Assembly: GCA_964304625.1 (NCBI GenBank)
Contig: OZ199838.1
Coordinates: 15,552,929 to 15,616,928 of the forward strand
Direction of reading: 5' to 3'
Length of the DNA stretch: 64,000 bases
DNA from: Kudoa neothunni
Lineage: Eukaryota; Animalia; Cnidaria
Shown: piece after piece, positions 1-14,891 of the stretch
How positions within the stretch are numbered: position 1 is the first letter of the stretch
Layout: every line of letters begins with the position of its first letter
The notes under the pieces: model-generated
Told to the model about the DNA's origin: nothing
Database searches by the model: none
Seen by the model: only the letters and a program-made list of their open reading frames with translations
Position numbers and translations under genes: made by a program

Positions 1-985
1 TCAAATTAAATTATCTACAGTAGAAGTTTAGAATAGGTAAGTTACAACAATACATTTAATAATCAATTCTTAAAGCCCCCATATCAAACTTGAGACAATA
101 AAGTTGCCAAAATTTTATGAAAATAAATATATTTTAAATGTTATGCTCGAGTTGAGATCAACATTTTGGATCATTTTTCATCCTTTTTAGCGATAAGACA
201 GTTTATAATGACCATGGACCATTTTGGAATTATCACGATGAGTGTTATGTACGTTGGAATTCTGAATGCTTGAATTTTAAAAAACGGCTCTCATGTTGGG
301 TATATCCAATGCTAAGCTATGATTAAGAATGTATGTTATCAATTTTTAAACAATTTTTTAATAAATATTATCTACTTGATTATTTCAGTTAATTTGAATG
401 AATGAAAAGTCGTTCATAAAAATAAAACCTCATTTAAGTATAGTTATTATATTTTATTCAGAAATCGAACGGAAGACAGGAAAGAATTGTTTGTAATTAC
501 AGGCATGGGAAAAGCTCAAAAAAAGTTTATTCAACCTTCCCAGGCGCCTGAAGATCGACTTTACACATTCATTCTTTTGGAATCCAATGGACTCCAAAGA
601 CGCTCGGGAGATTAATAAATTATCAATAATCGCTTCTTTGAGGATTGTTTATAGGCAAAGTAATTTTAATTCCATCCGAAAATATGGCACATCTTTACTA
701 TAACTAATTATGATTAACGCTTTTCCAAAAAAGAGCATTTCTTTCCTGGAAATATCGAAAACATCAGAAGAAATAGAATGTTGTGCTCTACGTTAGATGA
801 TCTTGGTTCGAATGAGGAAATTTTTCAACACATCGATCAAATGATGTCATAAATTTGAATTTTCTGAGTTAATTATAAATTAACATAATATTTTTACATA
901 AAAAAATTAAATATTAGTTCTGTTTTTACAAACAATTCTGATATGTCCGATTTTGCGGGATATCCGATTTGGGTTGGAAAGGCTG
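1..985 (+). mobile_element. Degenerate hAT transposon, 3' part (hAT C-terminal dimerization region plus right end)
   Basis: Broken translation around 640-850 (SNFNSIRKY...IRRNRMLCSTLDD/VRMRKFFNTS) parallels the hAT ORF at 42452 (SDFNSIEKY...IRRNKMLCSTLDSLVRMREFFNTS). The end ATTTGGGTTGGAAAGGCTG (985) resembles ATTAGGGTTGGCAGCGCTG (42857). Confidence 0.7.
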
Positions 986-1913
986 ATCTTGGCATATTCT
1001 ATGTTACTCATAAAAAAAAAAATATTGTAACTTAAATCAATATAATATTTTTGTTATATCAATATATCTTGTGTCAAAAAGTTAAATAATATTCTCCATC
1101 TAAAGTATCCTACACGGCATGGGTCCGCGTTTTCGATCTCCGTTCAAATTAGTCCGAAAATTTTTCATGACCTCAGGTTGGAAAACGCTAGTATAATGTA
1201 TCGATTAGGTTATGTTAATTTAATCTAGAATCATTTTCATAAAACATTCTAAAAATTCAAAACAACTCGATTTACTCGGAAGATTAAGTAGACTTGGTGA
1301 CAAATGGGCACGAACGATTTTATGAGACTTACACCCAAATTATTTTTGTAACGTAAAGATTGTATAAAATTAAATATGTCAACGTATTATCTTTTCTTAT
1401 AATAACAACAAATAATGAGGTAAAAGTAATGTCAATTTGAATAGTTCTATGTAATAATATGTAACTAATATGTTGTTAATAATAAATAAATATAGATGTA
1501 ATGTGCGAATTGTTTTATATCGATTAGAAATAAAAATTTGCAGTAGGAAAAAGTACTCAATCTAATTAAAACACTCTTTTGAAACTCCCCATTCCAAGCC
1601 CAAAATTAACTTAATATTTACTTATTACCTATACAATGAAAAAAAGATTGATTTTAAGTAACAGGATACCCTTTTTAATTAATACCTCATAAGTTTTAAA
1701 CTAGAATTATCGTTTATATTAAATAATTTAAGCTTTGACTATATTGTAATATTGTAAACCAAACAAGTTTTTTGAGAAAAATATCAGCCTAAAATAAAAA
1801 ATGGAAATAAAAATGGTTTTAAAACATAACATGAATTATATTCAAACTACATAATTCAAAATAGCAAGAAAAATCACTTACAAAAATAAACAAAATCTAA
1901 CAAAATTAAAAAA

Positions 1914-2818
1914 TTATTCTAAAAGATGGTATAATTCCGAGACGAAGCGTAATATTTTGGGTCTTATTGAGATAGCACTATTCGAGTTGAGAGGAAAGTT
2001 GGGTGGGTAGACATTATAAAACACCCGTGAGGACTTTCTCATGAAAGGGACCAACTCATTGGAATTACGATATGATATAGAATGATGTAGAGATGGATTC
2101 GAATACAATTTTTGAATTCTTCTTCAAGAAGGGAGTTTGATTTTCGATCGTATATCGATTACCACCATTTTCAATGAGGTTTAAATTTTTCGAATGATTG
2201 ATCACAGATTTTGATTCCTTTTTCAAAATATCTTCAATATTCGTCATTTGATGGTCTATTTTTCTGGAGTAATGATTAAACGATCTTTTGGGTGAATTGT
2301 GAAATTTTAGGGGGTATTGGATTTTTCGAATGTTCCCGCCATAATCATCACTATTTGATCTTTCATCCGAGTCCGAATAATGAGGATTCATTTCGGTGGA
2401 AATAAGACGATTAACTTCAACTAGTATAAGATTATAAATTCTTCATCAATACACATAGAAAGTACTTTGTTTTCTGTTTAGTTTGTATTGGGAGGAACGT
2501 CGTTCGGATTTATTTTGTTGTTTCAATTGTAAAGAGCTTTCAAAGCCTATTCGTCACTATATGAACAAATACGAATAAACTATCCCCTACTACTAAGCAA
2601 TTTGCAATGTTCTTCAAGTGTAAGATCCTTTTGAAGTGAATATGAGAATTTTGCTGATTGATTTGGACTGTTCAAAGCGATCATTGTGATCTTCATCAAA
2701 TTCATAATTAGAATACTAAAAATCAGGATCTATTAAACGAAATTAATTTGAATTCAAGATTAACTTTTGTTCAAGTTTATTGATCATATTAAAAAAATCG
2801 TTCGCTGAAAAAATCCAT
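1914..2818 (-). pseudogene. Unknown spliced gene, divergent from the CCCH gene, with apparent homopolymer frameshifts
   Basis: Coding-like segments (MDF..NDFFNMINKLEQK; YEFDEDHNDRFEQSK; ORFs 2065-2391 and 1914-2108). No family recognised and frames are broken. Confidence 0.3.
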
Positions 2819-2848
2819 TGCGCTAGTCCTTTCACGCACGCGCATAGT

Positions 2849-3830
2849 ATGAGTCGTGAAGATGAAGACATGAAATATTCCTCATTATCTTACGAATATA
2901 TCCTTAAAACGGCCAGCAAAAAACAAGCACAATAAATTATTCCAACATTTTGTTGATTTAGGATTCGTAAAGTGAAACAATATAGATTGTGGTTGAAGTT
3001 AGAATTATAATTGGATTTTTAGTGATGACGAAATTGGAATCATTGAAGCTATTATTGATAAGCAATGTCACTGCTCCGGAGAACATAAAAAACAGATTGT
3101 ATTAACGACTGCATTGAATCGGTTGAAAATAAAAGTGTATTATAGTATGATTTCAATTGTTTAATATTTTTCGTCTAGGATTAGTAGTTACTTCTAATGA
3201 TTTCTGTACAAAAAAGGCGATAAGAAGGAAAATAAATAGAAAATCTAAGGAGAAAAAAACGTAATACTATTATTTTTTTTAATATTGTGGCATTCTTTGA
3301 AAATTAGCCAAAGAGGTTACTGATAATAGAAGAGTTTGCAAATTTTTTTCTGGAATCACGTTGTAATAAGGTAGTTAATAGTGGAATTGTGGTGATTCCA
3401 ATAATAATTGTGTTTGGGCTTAGGGTGACCAATTGTGAATTTAAACATGAAGGAAAATTGAAAAGAAAAATGCAACCATGCAAATTCTATATTCGAGAAG
3501 CACAATGCTTAAAAAAATGAGCGTTGTATTTATATGCATAAAGAATTCCCGTGCAATTTTTTTTATAATTCCAAATGCAACTTGGGAGATGCGTGTAGAT
3601 TTTCTCATTCGCTACCAAAATATGAGGCTTTGCAATACCTTAACGAGGTTTTAATTGATGAACTAATATAATATGATTAGTCTTTACTTTGTGCGATTTT
3701 TATTAGTTTGAGAATATTTTGTCAACAAAAAGAAGCAAGTCGAATGACTCCACAAATAATTCTGTCAATACATCCGTCCAAACGAACAACGATTCAGACC
3801 AATTTCATTTCTATGAATCGTAGAAATAAT
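2849..3830 (+). pseudogene. Triple CCCH zinc-finger protein (ZC3H4/6/8-like); frameshifted in this sequence
   Basis: Allowing single-base indels in homopolymers and one GT-AG intron (~3371-3423), 3330-3620 reads RVCKFFLESRCNK-GDxCEFKHE...MQPCKFYIREAQCLKNERCIYMHKEFPCNFFYNSKCNLGDACRFSHSLP. Gene ends are approximate. Confidence 0.65.
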
Positions 3831-6539
3831 AATTATGTTTTCTTGAGGGTTTTTTTATTTTGAGAAAGTTATTTTCTATTTATATTTCGCTTTTGAGAAC
3901 TTTATGTATTTCTTCTCCGAATTTTTTTAATATTTTGATAAATTAAATACTGGACTATATATTTATATTCAATAAATATTCTTCCTGTATGTTTGTTTAA
4001 GTTATATTTGTATTACACATATATTAGCTAGGAATATTTTGGATGTACTTTTTTATAACTATATCTATTCACCTAATCCACTGGGTTAATAATAAACTTA
4101 TATTAATTTTGCACTTGATAAGATTGTATTTTAAACATTATTTATCATTTTTGGTAATTTTAGTTATGTGTAATTTAAAAAATATTACTCAAAAAATTAT
4201 GTTTATTAATGCTCAGTGCTAAAATTACTTTTGCTCTCTCTTAATAAATAATTGTATTATTTTTTATTTATATATAACATAACTCCAATTTTTGTATTTA
4301 TCGAGTGAAAATAAATTTAAATAAAAGAAACTTAGAAATATTAATGATGTGTTGAGAAGAGTTCCGAGTGACATTATCACTTGGTTTATTTGGGAAAGGG
4401 TACTATTTTTAAATTATTAATATATTTATCTACAATGTAATTTCTCATGATTTTTAATTGCCTTAAAGCCTAAAAGGCATTAACATCTGGAATTACAGTA
4501 TTGGATTCCACGTGAAAACACACACTATTTGATTTATGTTTTTTTAATGTGTCTAAAAACAAATTACAAATTATGGAATGGTTTACTTTTATAATCGGAA
4601 TAATATTTTATTTTGAATGATTCAGAAGGCTAATCTCACGTTGTTTTATTCTTTGAATTAATTTTTATTCCACATTTTTAATTTTCAGATACCGTTTTGA
4701 TTAAATAAATATTCTATAAATTTCTGTTTAAGGTAAACATATTCAAATTCCATAATATATCTTTGTAAATGTTCCTATTCAGTATCGAGCTGAAGAAAAT
4801 CCAGATAGATCTGAATTTACCTTTTATTTAGTTTTATATGTTTAATCCTTTTTTAAGCATTATAAAATTTCTCGATTTATTGATAATGTTTTTGAAAATT
4901 TAATCGATTTATTACAATTATCTGGATTCAGGAATAAATGGTAAATATACTATTTAGAGATCGGATGTATATCAAACAAAAAATATAGATTTTATTGAAT
5001 ATTAATTGTTTTATTATTATGAGATACTGCCGAATAATTTAATAAAGAATTTTATTTTGAATTATGGGTAGTATGCTTTAATAATCAACTCCTGTATTAA
5101 ATTAATTGTTTATATCTGATATGTATTATTTTCTTAAAGTCTAATTAATTTGAATACTTCTTTCTCTAGAAGTCATTGAAAAAACTACAAATTATGAACA
5201 CCTTTTAAACAAAAAGTGGAGTGAGTTTTTGCAAATTATCCTTTATTTAATCACTGGCTGAGCGCAAAAATTATAACCCATAGTACGTAAATTGACTAAA
5301 AAATATTACAATCACATCCCTTCAAGATAATATTTAGGATATTGTAATCCAATTATAATATATTTAGTAAATTTATAACGTATATTAATATTATAGATCC
5401 CTTCTTGAATTGTGATGCAAATAAGAGTAATAGTTTCGTCTCTAAATAAAATCTATTCATATTTATGGGAATATATAATAATTAATAAAGTCGAAAAAAT
5501 TCATTTTCAATTATCATCAAAATATATTAGTATATTATTATAAAAATTAATCGATAAATTATTTGCGAAAGAATTAATCATTTAATATTCCACATACGAT
5601 CAATTTTTAATGGTCATAATTAGTATAAATATTATATTTTCAGATTCTCTTGATTAATGTTACATTATTAGTAATATTTCTTTTTCGGCGCCTGTATAAG
5701 TATAATTTAATTGATTTTAAAATTTCGGTGACAAAAATTTAGTTTAAAATCGTTTATCTAATTAAAACCTAAAATTTATCAATTTACCGACTTAAAGTAA
5801 TTCTACAAAATGGTAAAGTATTGTATTTTAAAATAAATAAATAATCGAAATATAATCTTTTAGGTTGTAAACATTATTTTTGTTAAATTATATTAAAAAT
5901 TAAATAAAATAATCGTTTCATGTAATAATGAAACTAAAGCAAAACCAAGAATATTAACATTAAAAAAATATATTTGAAATCGAGAAATTATAGTTAATTA
6001 TATATTTTAGATTAATCTCCGTTTTTCCTCTTCAAAACAATTTAAATTATAATCTTAGAGCTAGATTTTTATATCACTCAATGCCACTTTACTATAATTA
6101 GAGGTCGTAATTTTGAACGACTATTCTTAAAAAATTTGACGACTAAAATTGACGTTTATTTAAAAAACTAGCGCACACGCGACCTAAAATTTCATTATCA
6201 ATCTAAATATCAATGAAATAAATATAAAGATAATTTTTATAAAATTTTCCCTTTGATTATACTATTTAAGCATTCTCATTGTTATAGATGTAGCTTAATA
6301 TCAACCCCTAGTGACTAATAGAGGAAACAAATCATATAAAAATTTAAGCCATTTACTATCGACATGGAAGTCGATTTCTCCAAATATAGTCAATACTTTG
6401 GAAAAATATTTTAAAAACATTCTATTTTGAATTTTGTTACTACATAATTTATAATAAGAAAAGTTTTAAATATATCAATATTTTGAGGAATAATTTTCCT
6501 AATACTTAAGCAATACCAAAATTTATTAAAATAAAAGTT

Positions 6540-7900
6540 ATAATCATGTCCAACGTCATTTGTTTTGTTTAACACTCTGCATTGGTCCATGAATTACGCG
6601 AATTAAGCTGAACTAAAATTAGCGACTCAAATCAAATGTGAGGTATTTTCAGGATCTGATGAAATTTTAACCGTTAGAAGCGTATTGGTCGTTTACAAAA
6701 TATTATGGAAACATGAGTAGGTAAATCACATTATTCGTGACTCAAGAAGGATCGAATCAGTAAAGATCCACATCAGCAAGTTTGTTAAAGACACTGTTAC
6801 ATTATGAGGATACCTATATGTATCATTTGGTGTTCATTACCGAAATAGAAATAAACTAGGAAGAGTAAGAAATTCACTAAAGAAGGATTTCTCTTAAAAA
6901 TTACATTTAGGGTTAAGTTTTGACGCTAATTTCCTTGAAGTCAGATCACGCAACTGTGCCCTGAACCATTGCCAAGATCCACGAATTTGCAACAACTTTT
7001 CCAGTTGAAGGAAAATTAATTTTCATGAGGAATATTTCTGAGTATATTACTTTAAGATTCAATAAAAACTTATTCTAGCCAACATCAATAATGACATTTG
7101 AAAAAAATATTCCTTTAAAATCACTTTTAATTTAAAAACTCTCAAAAATTGTATCTGGTGACATCAACATGCTTGCTGAAATTTTGAAGAAAGAATATAA
7201 CTATACGGTGAATGTTTTATATGACGACAATAAAGCGTGTGTGGGGGTTTTTTGCATTGATCAACAAATGATTAACACACTGGACTTCTTTTCAGAATTA
7301 TTAATGGTTAATGTGACATATAAACTGCTGGATTCAAGGGAATCTTAATGAGTTTAGTTTTATCCATTTATCACTACACATTTTTTTATCTCTGTTGTTG
7401 AAGATTCCGTTGGGCAAACTCATATAGCAAGTGCACATATTTTATATGGTGAACCACAGGAATGTTTAAAGTGATATGTTTACCAAATATAACTCCAAGT
7501 ATCCGAACTATTATTAGTGACAAGCATTATATTTTACGTAAGTGTTTGAAAGCATTGTTTCCAAATTCTAAATTAATAATGTGTGTATTTCACGTCCCGT
7601 GAAATTTAAGAAGTTGAGTAACTATTTCAGAATATAATATCACGAAAACTTAGTGGGTTCAATTACTACAAATTCTCAATAATATTATGTATTCAAAAAT
7701 GGCGCAAATAACGATAATCTACGCGGGAATCATTAAAAATATAGCAACCGAAGATTTATTGACTACTTAAAATAAGACTTGGAGACATCGCTAATGAATG
7801 GATTTTATACTAAAAATCTTTTAGTTCAGTGTTGATATCTAAATCTGAAAATCTACATCATTAGTTGCTAGACAAAACTGAATTACATCGATTTATCAAT
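6540..7900 (+). mobile_element. Degenerate MULE/SWIM-type transposase remnant
   Basis: Fragments FSELLMVNVTYKL, TIISDK and LKALFPNSKLIMCVFH match MULE DDE and CxxH motifs; many stops and frameshifts. Confidence 0.55.
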
Positions 7901-10549
7901 TTTTCCGGGTAATTTTACATTAAAAAAAACATGATACAATTTATAAAGGCCTACAAAATTTGGAAGGGAATCCACATCTCATCGGATGGAATCCCAAGTA
8001 GGCGCAATTCTGATGTAATGTTGTAGCTATGCAGGCACCGATAATTCCTTAAATATACATAAAAGGAATAACATAAACTGACAGAAACTAATTAAAATTT
8101 TGTTTCGAAAACCAATATAATAGCCTTCAATTGAAATATTGAAATTATAGGTATATGGTATCAGTACATTTGCATGAAAATATAATATAATCGTTCACCA
8201 CAAGTTTTTGTTTGTACTAGTTTGTAGGGGAAAAATCGAACATTAGATTTGCGAAATCAGTTCTTTAAAAAATTTGTTAATAATGGAGTAATTGACTTCC
8301 GTGTCAATAGCAAGTGCCGAAGGTGGGGATTACACCAGGGTGGCACAACCTTCAAAAAAAATTTGTCGATGTCCGACCCTAGATAGTTCGTATAGAAACA
8401 GCCCATCATGCGTAGTTTCTTTAAAAACTTCGGAGCATTTAATTTGGTACAATATCTATCATAATGATTTGGAAGAGTTATAATCTTTTAAAAAAATTAA
8501 CTTCTCAAAGTGACATAGCTCGAAACGATTACGGACTTTTATAACGTTAATCCAGTCCTTGAGGTATGTCTTTTACATTACGTAGAACTCACTGGGATAG
8601 AATAAATTGACCTTACAAGATGTTTGAGGTTAGAGTAGCTATAATGAGCCCAATAAATTAGAGAATCATCATATATTTTTGAAAAAGATACGTTTAAATA
8701 ATTTCGTATTTCTTCTCTATACGTGTAATGTTCGACGATGCAAAGAATTTATCTACGATATCGATGAGTCCTATTTTTTGGCAAGGATTACGTTGAATTA
8801 GAATGGAATCAGAGAAGACATTATTAACTAGTGCTTTTGAATGTTTAATTTTGAAAAAAATCTAAAGTTGTGGAATATAGACCTATAACTTCATTTTTAA
8901 CTTCATCATTACATGTAATCCACTTTAAGCACACAAACACTTTATAATTAGGATGAAAGACAGGTGCAATCGCATGTGCCGTTATTAATTTTGAAACGAA
9001 TTTGCGCTATAAACGCTCTAAAAATTTTAATGAAAATTAGTTTACATCGATCGGTCAAGAATATGCCAAATAAATCATTTCAATACACCTTGACATAGCC
9101 ATCCTTCCACTCCATACTTAACAAACATCATTATTTTGATAAAGCGATCCATATTACGCCACCAGATAAAATATTTCTTTTAATTCAAGCTGATCTGCAG
9201 TTCACGAAGAATGGTAACTATTGACCATAAAACCTAAAGTCGTCATTTTCAATTGGTTCTTATAATCAGTGCTGTTTTTAAATTTATGCTTCGTAATCTG
9301 TTCAACGCTCATCAGTTTGTTTAAAATTAGACATATATTAAATTTTAAATTATTTATAAAAATTTAGAATTTTTCAGAGTCTCGAAGGGTGAATCTTTGA
9401 TAGCATATTTAAATATAGTGCGAGATTTTTAAAAATAGTCTTTCTATTTAATGAGTGAGAAGTTTTCCCAGAGATGGAGATCGGCAGCATTTATGTTCTC
9501 AACTAAACTAACATTCTTTTCAGAAAGAAACTTTTGTAATTTTTTTAAAATGCATCATTTTTAATTTTAATCTGAATAATCGGAACACTTAGGGCTGACA
9601 TTATTTCCACGTGTCCTAACGTCCGCTCGGACACATTATTAAAGTTGGTGCGATTAGCCTTTGTTCTACTCCAAGTTAATGTTGTCCGTTCGCGGAATAA
9701 ATTTGTCCAACATCGGGAAGTGCGCCACCTTGGATTACACGGATCCGCGTCAATAGTCAGTGTAGAATTTAACTGCCTTATCATTACATCTGCGCCTAAA
9801 ATACAACGCGCTCGCTAAGAATAATGTAAAAAAAGCATGTGCCAGTTATTGAATGGTTGTGTAGCTCGTTTTACGCCACCGTTCGTGTATATCTGTATTT
9901 ATATGCTTATATATGGAGTCAAAAGGTATTTTTAGTGGTAGTCAAGTTTCAACGGGTAAAGTTTTGGTATACGATGAAGGTAATGCTTTTCGTAACCGAA
10001 TTTCGTATTTACCTGTGATTTATACAGGATGCATTTTCACTTTTTAAAAGTCATTGAATTAAAGAATTAATACAGAAAAGTATACTGTGGATTATTGTAA
10101 CATTTTTAATAATGTTTAGATTTTCAAAAATAGATGATAAACCTGGAGAAAAGGGGTCATTCTATATATTCTGGTAATTTAACACCTGCTGTGTATTTCT
10201 CATGATTCGCTTTTAGTAATACCAAGCTTGGATTGTATTCTCAGAAAATTTATACAAGTATTTTATTAATATTGGAAGGGCTTCATGTGACGGCTTTTTA
10301 AGCAGAAGCAAAAGTTTGTTTAGAATTTCGAGCAAAAATATGTACACTCTTTATTCGGTTTTATTATAAAAAAATTTAATATTTTGATGGGTCCCATAAA
10401 ATTGTTCTGTGAGATTGATTATAATGTTAGAATATATTTATAGGTATTTCCATTTTAAGCTTAATTTTCGCTTTAAATTTTGAGTAAGACTGCCTAAAGA
10501 ATAATTTAATGTTGGTGAACAAGAACTGTTTATGCTTATTCCTTCATTA

Positions 10550-11950
10550 TCGTCGATGCCTTTGTCAAAGACGAAAAATAAACCATTATTTATACCTCTC
10601 GAATAAAATTACAAGAGTTAATTTTATTGTCAATTATAAGTTTTCGTAATAGATTCCACAAAAAATTTGAAATATACCCATAATAATTTTCACAAATATT
10701 TCAAATTTTTTCCATTTTGCATAAATATTTGGATTACATAACACTTAGTTAATATCATATTCCATCAAGCTTTGAGTTTATCAACAAATGGGTCTAAACC
10801 AAACTAAAATTGTTCGAATCTATTTTGAAAGTGTATGTGGAACAGTACCGCGATATTAATGGTCATATCGATGTTGTATTTCATTGCTTCGTATGCGCTC
10901 CAATATTGAATGGGATATTTGGACGAAAGAATAAAATTCTCGTCGAAATAATCAACGAATTCATTGAGTTTCGCGTTTTGATAGGTTAACGTTTTCGCAT
11001 TAAATTTTTTAAATTCTTCGATGACCTTCGCAACAGGGATAAATGATAAGGGCGAAAAACATTTAAATAATAAGCTAATTTTTGGATTGTTAGTATATAT
11101 ATATACAAGCCCAATTTTTGCAACTTTCATCGCGGACATTGTCCTAAATAAAGTAAACATAAGTATATATTTGATAATTTTGATGTTATTTAAATTTATT
11201 TATTGCCATTTCTTTTCCAAATAAATACTGATGTTTTCAGGAAATTTGACATTCATGTTTTCAATCAGAATACAAAGGATTTTGTTATAATCAATCGGGA
11301 TTTTATTTAATATAAAAATTAAAATTAGTGGGAATACTTTACCATAAATTTTCCCGTGTATTATATAAAGTTATATAAAGTTGGTAAAATTGTTTGGATA
11401 TTACTTTAAATGTCTCGTATGCAATCGAAATCAAGGAATTATTTAGATGCATAATGCAATTTTTAGTCGTAAATATAATCATCCTAGACTTATATTGCGA
11501 ACCAGGGTCATATAAGCAGAACTCTGCATCCGGATGAGTTCTAATTCCTGATTTAGAGAGATTAATGTGTATTAATTGAAATATTTTTTTCTTTGATGTT
11601 GAATGCTTTTATAAATCGTTTTCTTGGGAATAAGGGGTAAATAATGAATATTCGTTGTGGTAATTACAACAGACAAATATTTACCTGTGAAATATTGTGT
11701 AGATTGAGATAATGATTTTATTCCGTCAAAAAATACAGCCCTTTTAATGTAATCTTCGTGTACAATATAATTTTGGTTATCCTGTTAATCATGTGGAGAA
11801 GTTTAAAAACCTTCCTTTTTTTAATCGTTGCTTAGAATTCGTCCAATTACATTAGGTTTTCTTTGTCTTTAATCTTTTATTCTTTCTTATTAAAGAAATG
11901 ATCAACTATGAAAAGTTTATACTGCTGCATGTGAGCTCCAAAATGCACGT
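10550..11950 (-). mobile_element. Degenerate MULE (Mutator) transposase
   Basis: ETFKVISKQFYQLYI..HGKIYGKVFPLI near 11300-11420; ORF 10804-11160 contains EFVDYFDENFI...PIQYWSAYE, typical of the MULE C-terminal part. Confidence 0.7.
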
Positions 11951-13451
11951 CTAACAAAATATCTGATTTAATTGACTGACGATAGTGATCATAACAGATT
12001 TTTTTAAAATATCATATGGATCATTGTGGGGTTATTTTGCGGAAAATTGCTATGGAAATGGGAATCGGAATTTTTTGTGGGAAATTATGATGTTTTATGT
12101 TAAATCACTTTCGCAATTCGAGAAGAGGAGGATTGTCAAAGTTTTATGAGAAAATGAATATTACAATTATGTTTAATTCATTTCATAAAATCATGATTAC
12201 AGTTGGTGATTCCGATCTTAAGAGATGTAAATAACAGTTTGTGTGACAAATCAACTGGAATTTCTTAGGTGTACTTTATTTTAGACTTTCCAGTTATTTG
12301 TTTACATGATTTTTTTTATTTTTTGATCATATTACGTAATATTAGTGAGTTATTTATGTTTTCTCTACGAAAGAAATAAGAAATACCGGTTATTCACTTT
12401 CATCATTGTTATGGGAGATCCAATGCCATTTAGGCCATCATTCAACGTTATTCTTGCCTATTTCAAACAACGATTACCCTTTTTGAACAATATAATTTAA
12501 CGTCTCACTGAGTGTTTTTAAGGATATATACCTTAAATGTTTATAACAATAAAATAAGATATATCGATGTCATTGTTTGTACCTTGCTTATGATTTTTTC
12601 TCTTAGAAGAAGCTAAGCCCGTTTCATAAGATAAAACTATATCTTTTTTCTTCCTCAAGATGCTATCAATAGTAGAAATGGAGGGAAGCCTAAATTTACG
12701 AATAGTAGTTGTTTTTGAACCTCTTTTAGGTAAATTTTAATAGTAGTTAATAATCTCATATTTTTCATTGATGGTTTTTCTATTTTTAAATTTACCAGGC
12801 ATTACAAAAGTACAAAACAACACGATGACAAATTCATTTATAGTCGAAAAGTTCCGGAAAATCGGTTACCTATTGTGTATATATATATATATATATATAT
12901 TATTAAATAAAAAATTTGTTTAAAAATCTACTTATCCAGGCGAAAAGTATTAGAACATTTTAGATGTAGCTTAGGCGAACACCCCTCACAATAAGGGATG
13001 TTTGATTGTGACACACAAGGCTAACAAGTGGTCTCTTGTTTACATAGAAAACATGGACTACTCCAAAACACATTTTCATGGAAATAATTCAGTTGTAATT
13101 GAGACCGTTTTCTCATATTTATATCATTTGTGGAGTTGTTTGAATGGGAACAATATTGGGCTATCCTACACCATCTGGTTCATCATCGGGGGACAAAAAC
13201 AAGATCGATAGGTCATAAAATATATTAAAATGCATATAAGTACATTATATATTGACACAAAACGCTCATTCCTCTTGTATGATATCGTCTACTGAATAGA
13301 ATATCAGACACGTAATGACTAAAGTTTACTTTAGCACTAGTACGCGCGTCGCTATACGCGAAAAAACGAGTTTTAATAAAAACAAATTTTTGATTATTGA
13401 AGCTATAGATTAGTTTTATTTGATTAATGGTTTCTCTAAACACTCTGTTTT

Positions 13452-13969
13452 TTAGTTTTTTTTGAAAATGTATTCTGACAAATATGATTTTATCAGATTG
13501 GGTTTCTTGTTTCGACTGTTACTAAAACTTCGTTTACAAGTCAGACTTTCATCTATTTGAACAACGATATAAGGTCCACCAATTTTACTGGAATGTTCAA
13601 TGGTATGGTTTGAATAAATGTCTCTGATGAAATTCTTCCAATCAACGATTGTTCTAGATGAGACATTTATTTCTTCCATTAAAAATTCTTACAAAACTCA
13701 AATGACTTTGTTCAAAAAATGACCCCCTTTCTAACAGAATGGTTCGTTAAACACTGGTTGCAGTAGGAGTTATAGCCATCTATCGAATATGCTTTTCTCG
13801 AAAGTGACGCACTTTTCCCACAACATTTAATGTTTCAATTAAGTAGCCAAATATGCATTAGAAAATCGATACAGTATTTTTGGTTGAAAGATAATAAATC
13901 AATAAAAGAAATATTGACTTCATCTAGATCTATTGATCCTACTTCGGGGAGAGTTATCGTTAAATCCAT
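13452..13969 (-). pseudogene. Merlin transposase copy 2 (internally deleted)
   Basis: MDLTITLP...KCCG...DGY..YCNQC..SVRKG, then TIVDWKNFIRD...IGGPYIVVQIDES and a C-terminal YLSEYIFKK. Confidence 0.75.
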
Positions 13970-13979
13970 GCTACCACCA

Positions 13980-14891
13980 AAAACCCGCTCTCAATAATGT
14001 CCCGAAATTAACCGACATTGGTATCGCCGCGCGCACTACTGCTAAAATAAACTTTAGCCGTACATAATATATAATCTGAAGGGTTTCAGGATTTTTGTTT
14101 GTTATTTTCCTGTACGTGCGCTTGAAAGCACTCCAAGCCGCCTCAATTATATTAGTATGAACTCCTTGGGGTGAAAGGAAGTGCCTCTTATGAATGACGG
14201 TACCATGAACAAATTCCAAGTCAGCCAAACGATTATAGCCACCCCAACCGTCAGTCCAAATAGTTGTGCTATCTTCAACATTGTCTACGATGATTTTTTC
14301 TAGCACTCTCCAAGTTCTCACTTTGGAAATCCTTAAAAAACAATTTCCTCCTTCACCGACCCCTCCGATCACCCAGTATTGCTGGTTTTTCAGGAATCGG
14401 CCGACTCCATATTTTCTCTTACATATGGCGGTTGCGTCGATTTAAACTATTTTTCCGGGACCACCATTCATAGAAAAGTCATCATTTAAGTTTGATGCCA
14501 TCAAGTCCCATATAATAATTTTCAATTCATTATTGTCGTGAAGGAACCAATTCCTATTTGAACGTGTAGGTCATCGTATGTGTAAGCGGGTTGCTGAATT
14601 ACAATCACAGTTAACAGAGATATTTTGTATAAAGGGAGGTTTGACATTTCAGAAATATTCCCCTTTCTTAAAGAATGTTTTTGATTACATACATAACGTT
14701 TAAACTGGGAGCCATCACCAGTATCTATCCTGTTGCATAAATACATTCTCTCACTACATGAACATTTTGTGTATTCTTGCAGGAGACCAATGCTTTGTAC
14801 TGTCTTAATGGTATAATGTAGGTCTTCCCTAAAATACGCATAATCCGTAATCGTTATGCTATTTATGTTTTTCGAGGTTAAACGTTTTCAT
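13980..14891 (-). pseudogene. Merlin transposase copy 1 (near full length, with stops and frameshifts)
   Basis: ORFs 14522-14746 (Zn-ribbon, SLRKG) and 13971-14372 (DDE core) are joined by a GGPGKIV*IDAT..KRKYGVGR segment. Confidence 0.85.

Noticed and set aside
8330-9800. Possible further degenerate transposon(s)
   Set aside because: There are TIR-like and coding-like patches, but no motif I could assign with confidence.
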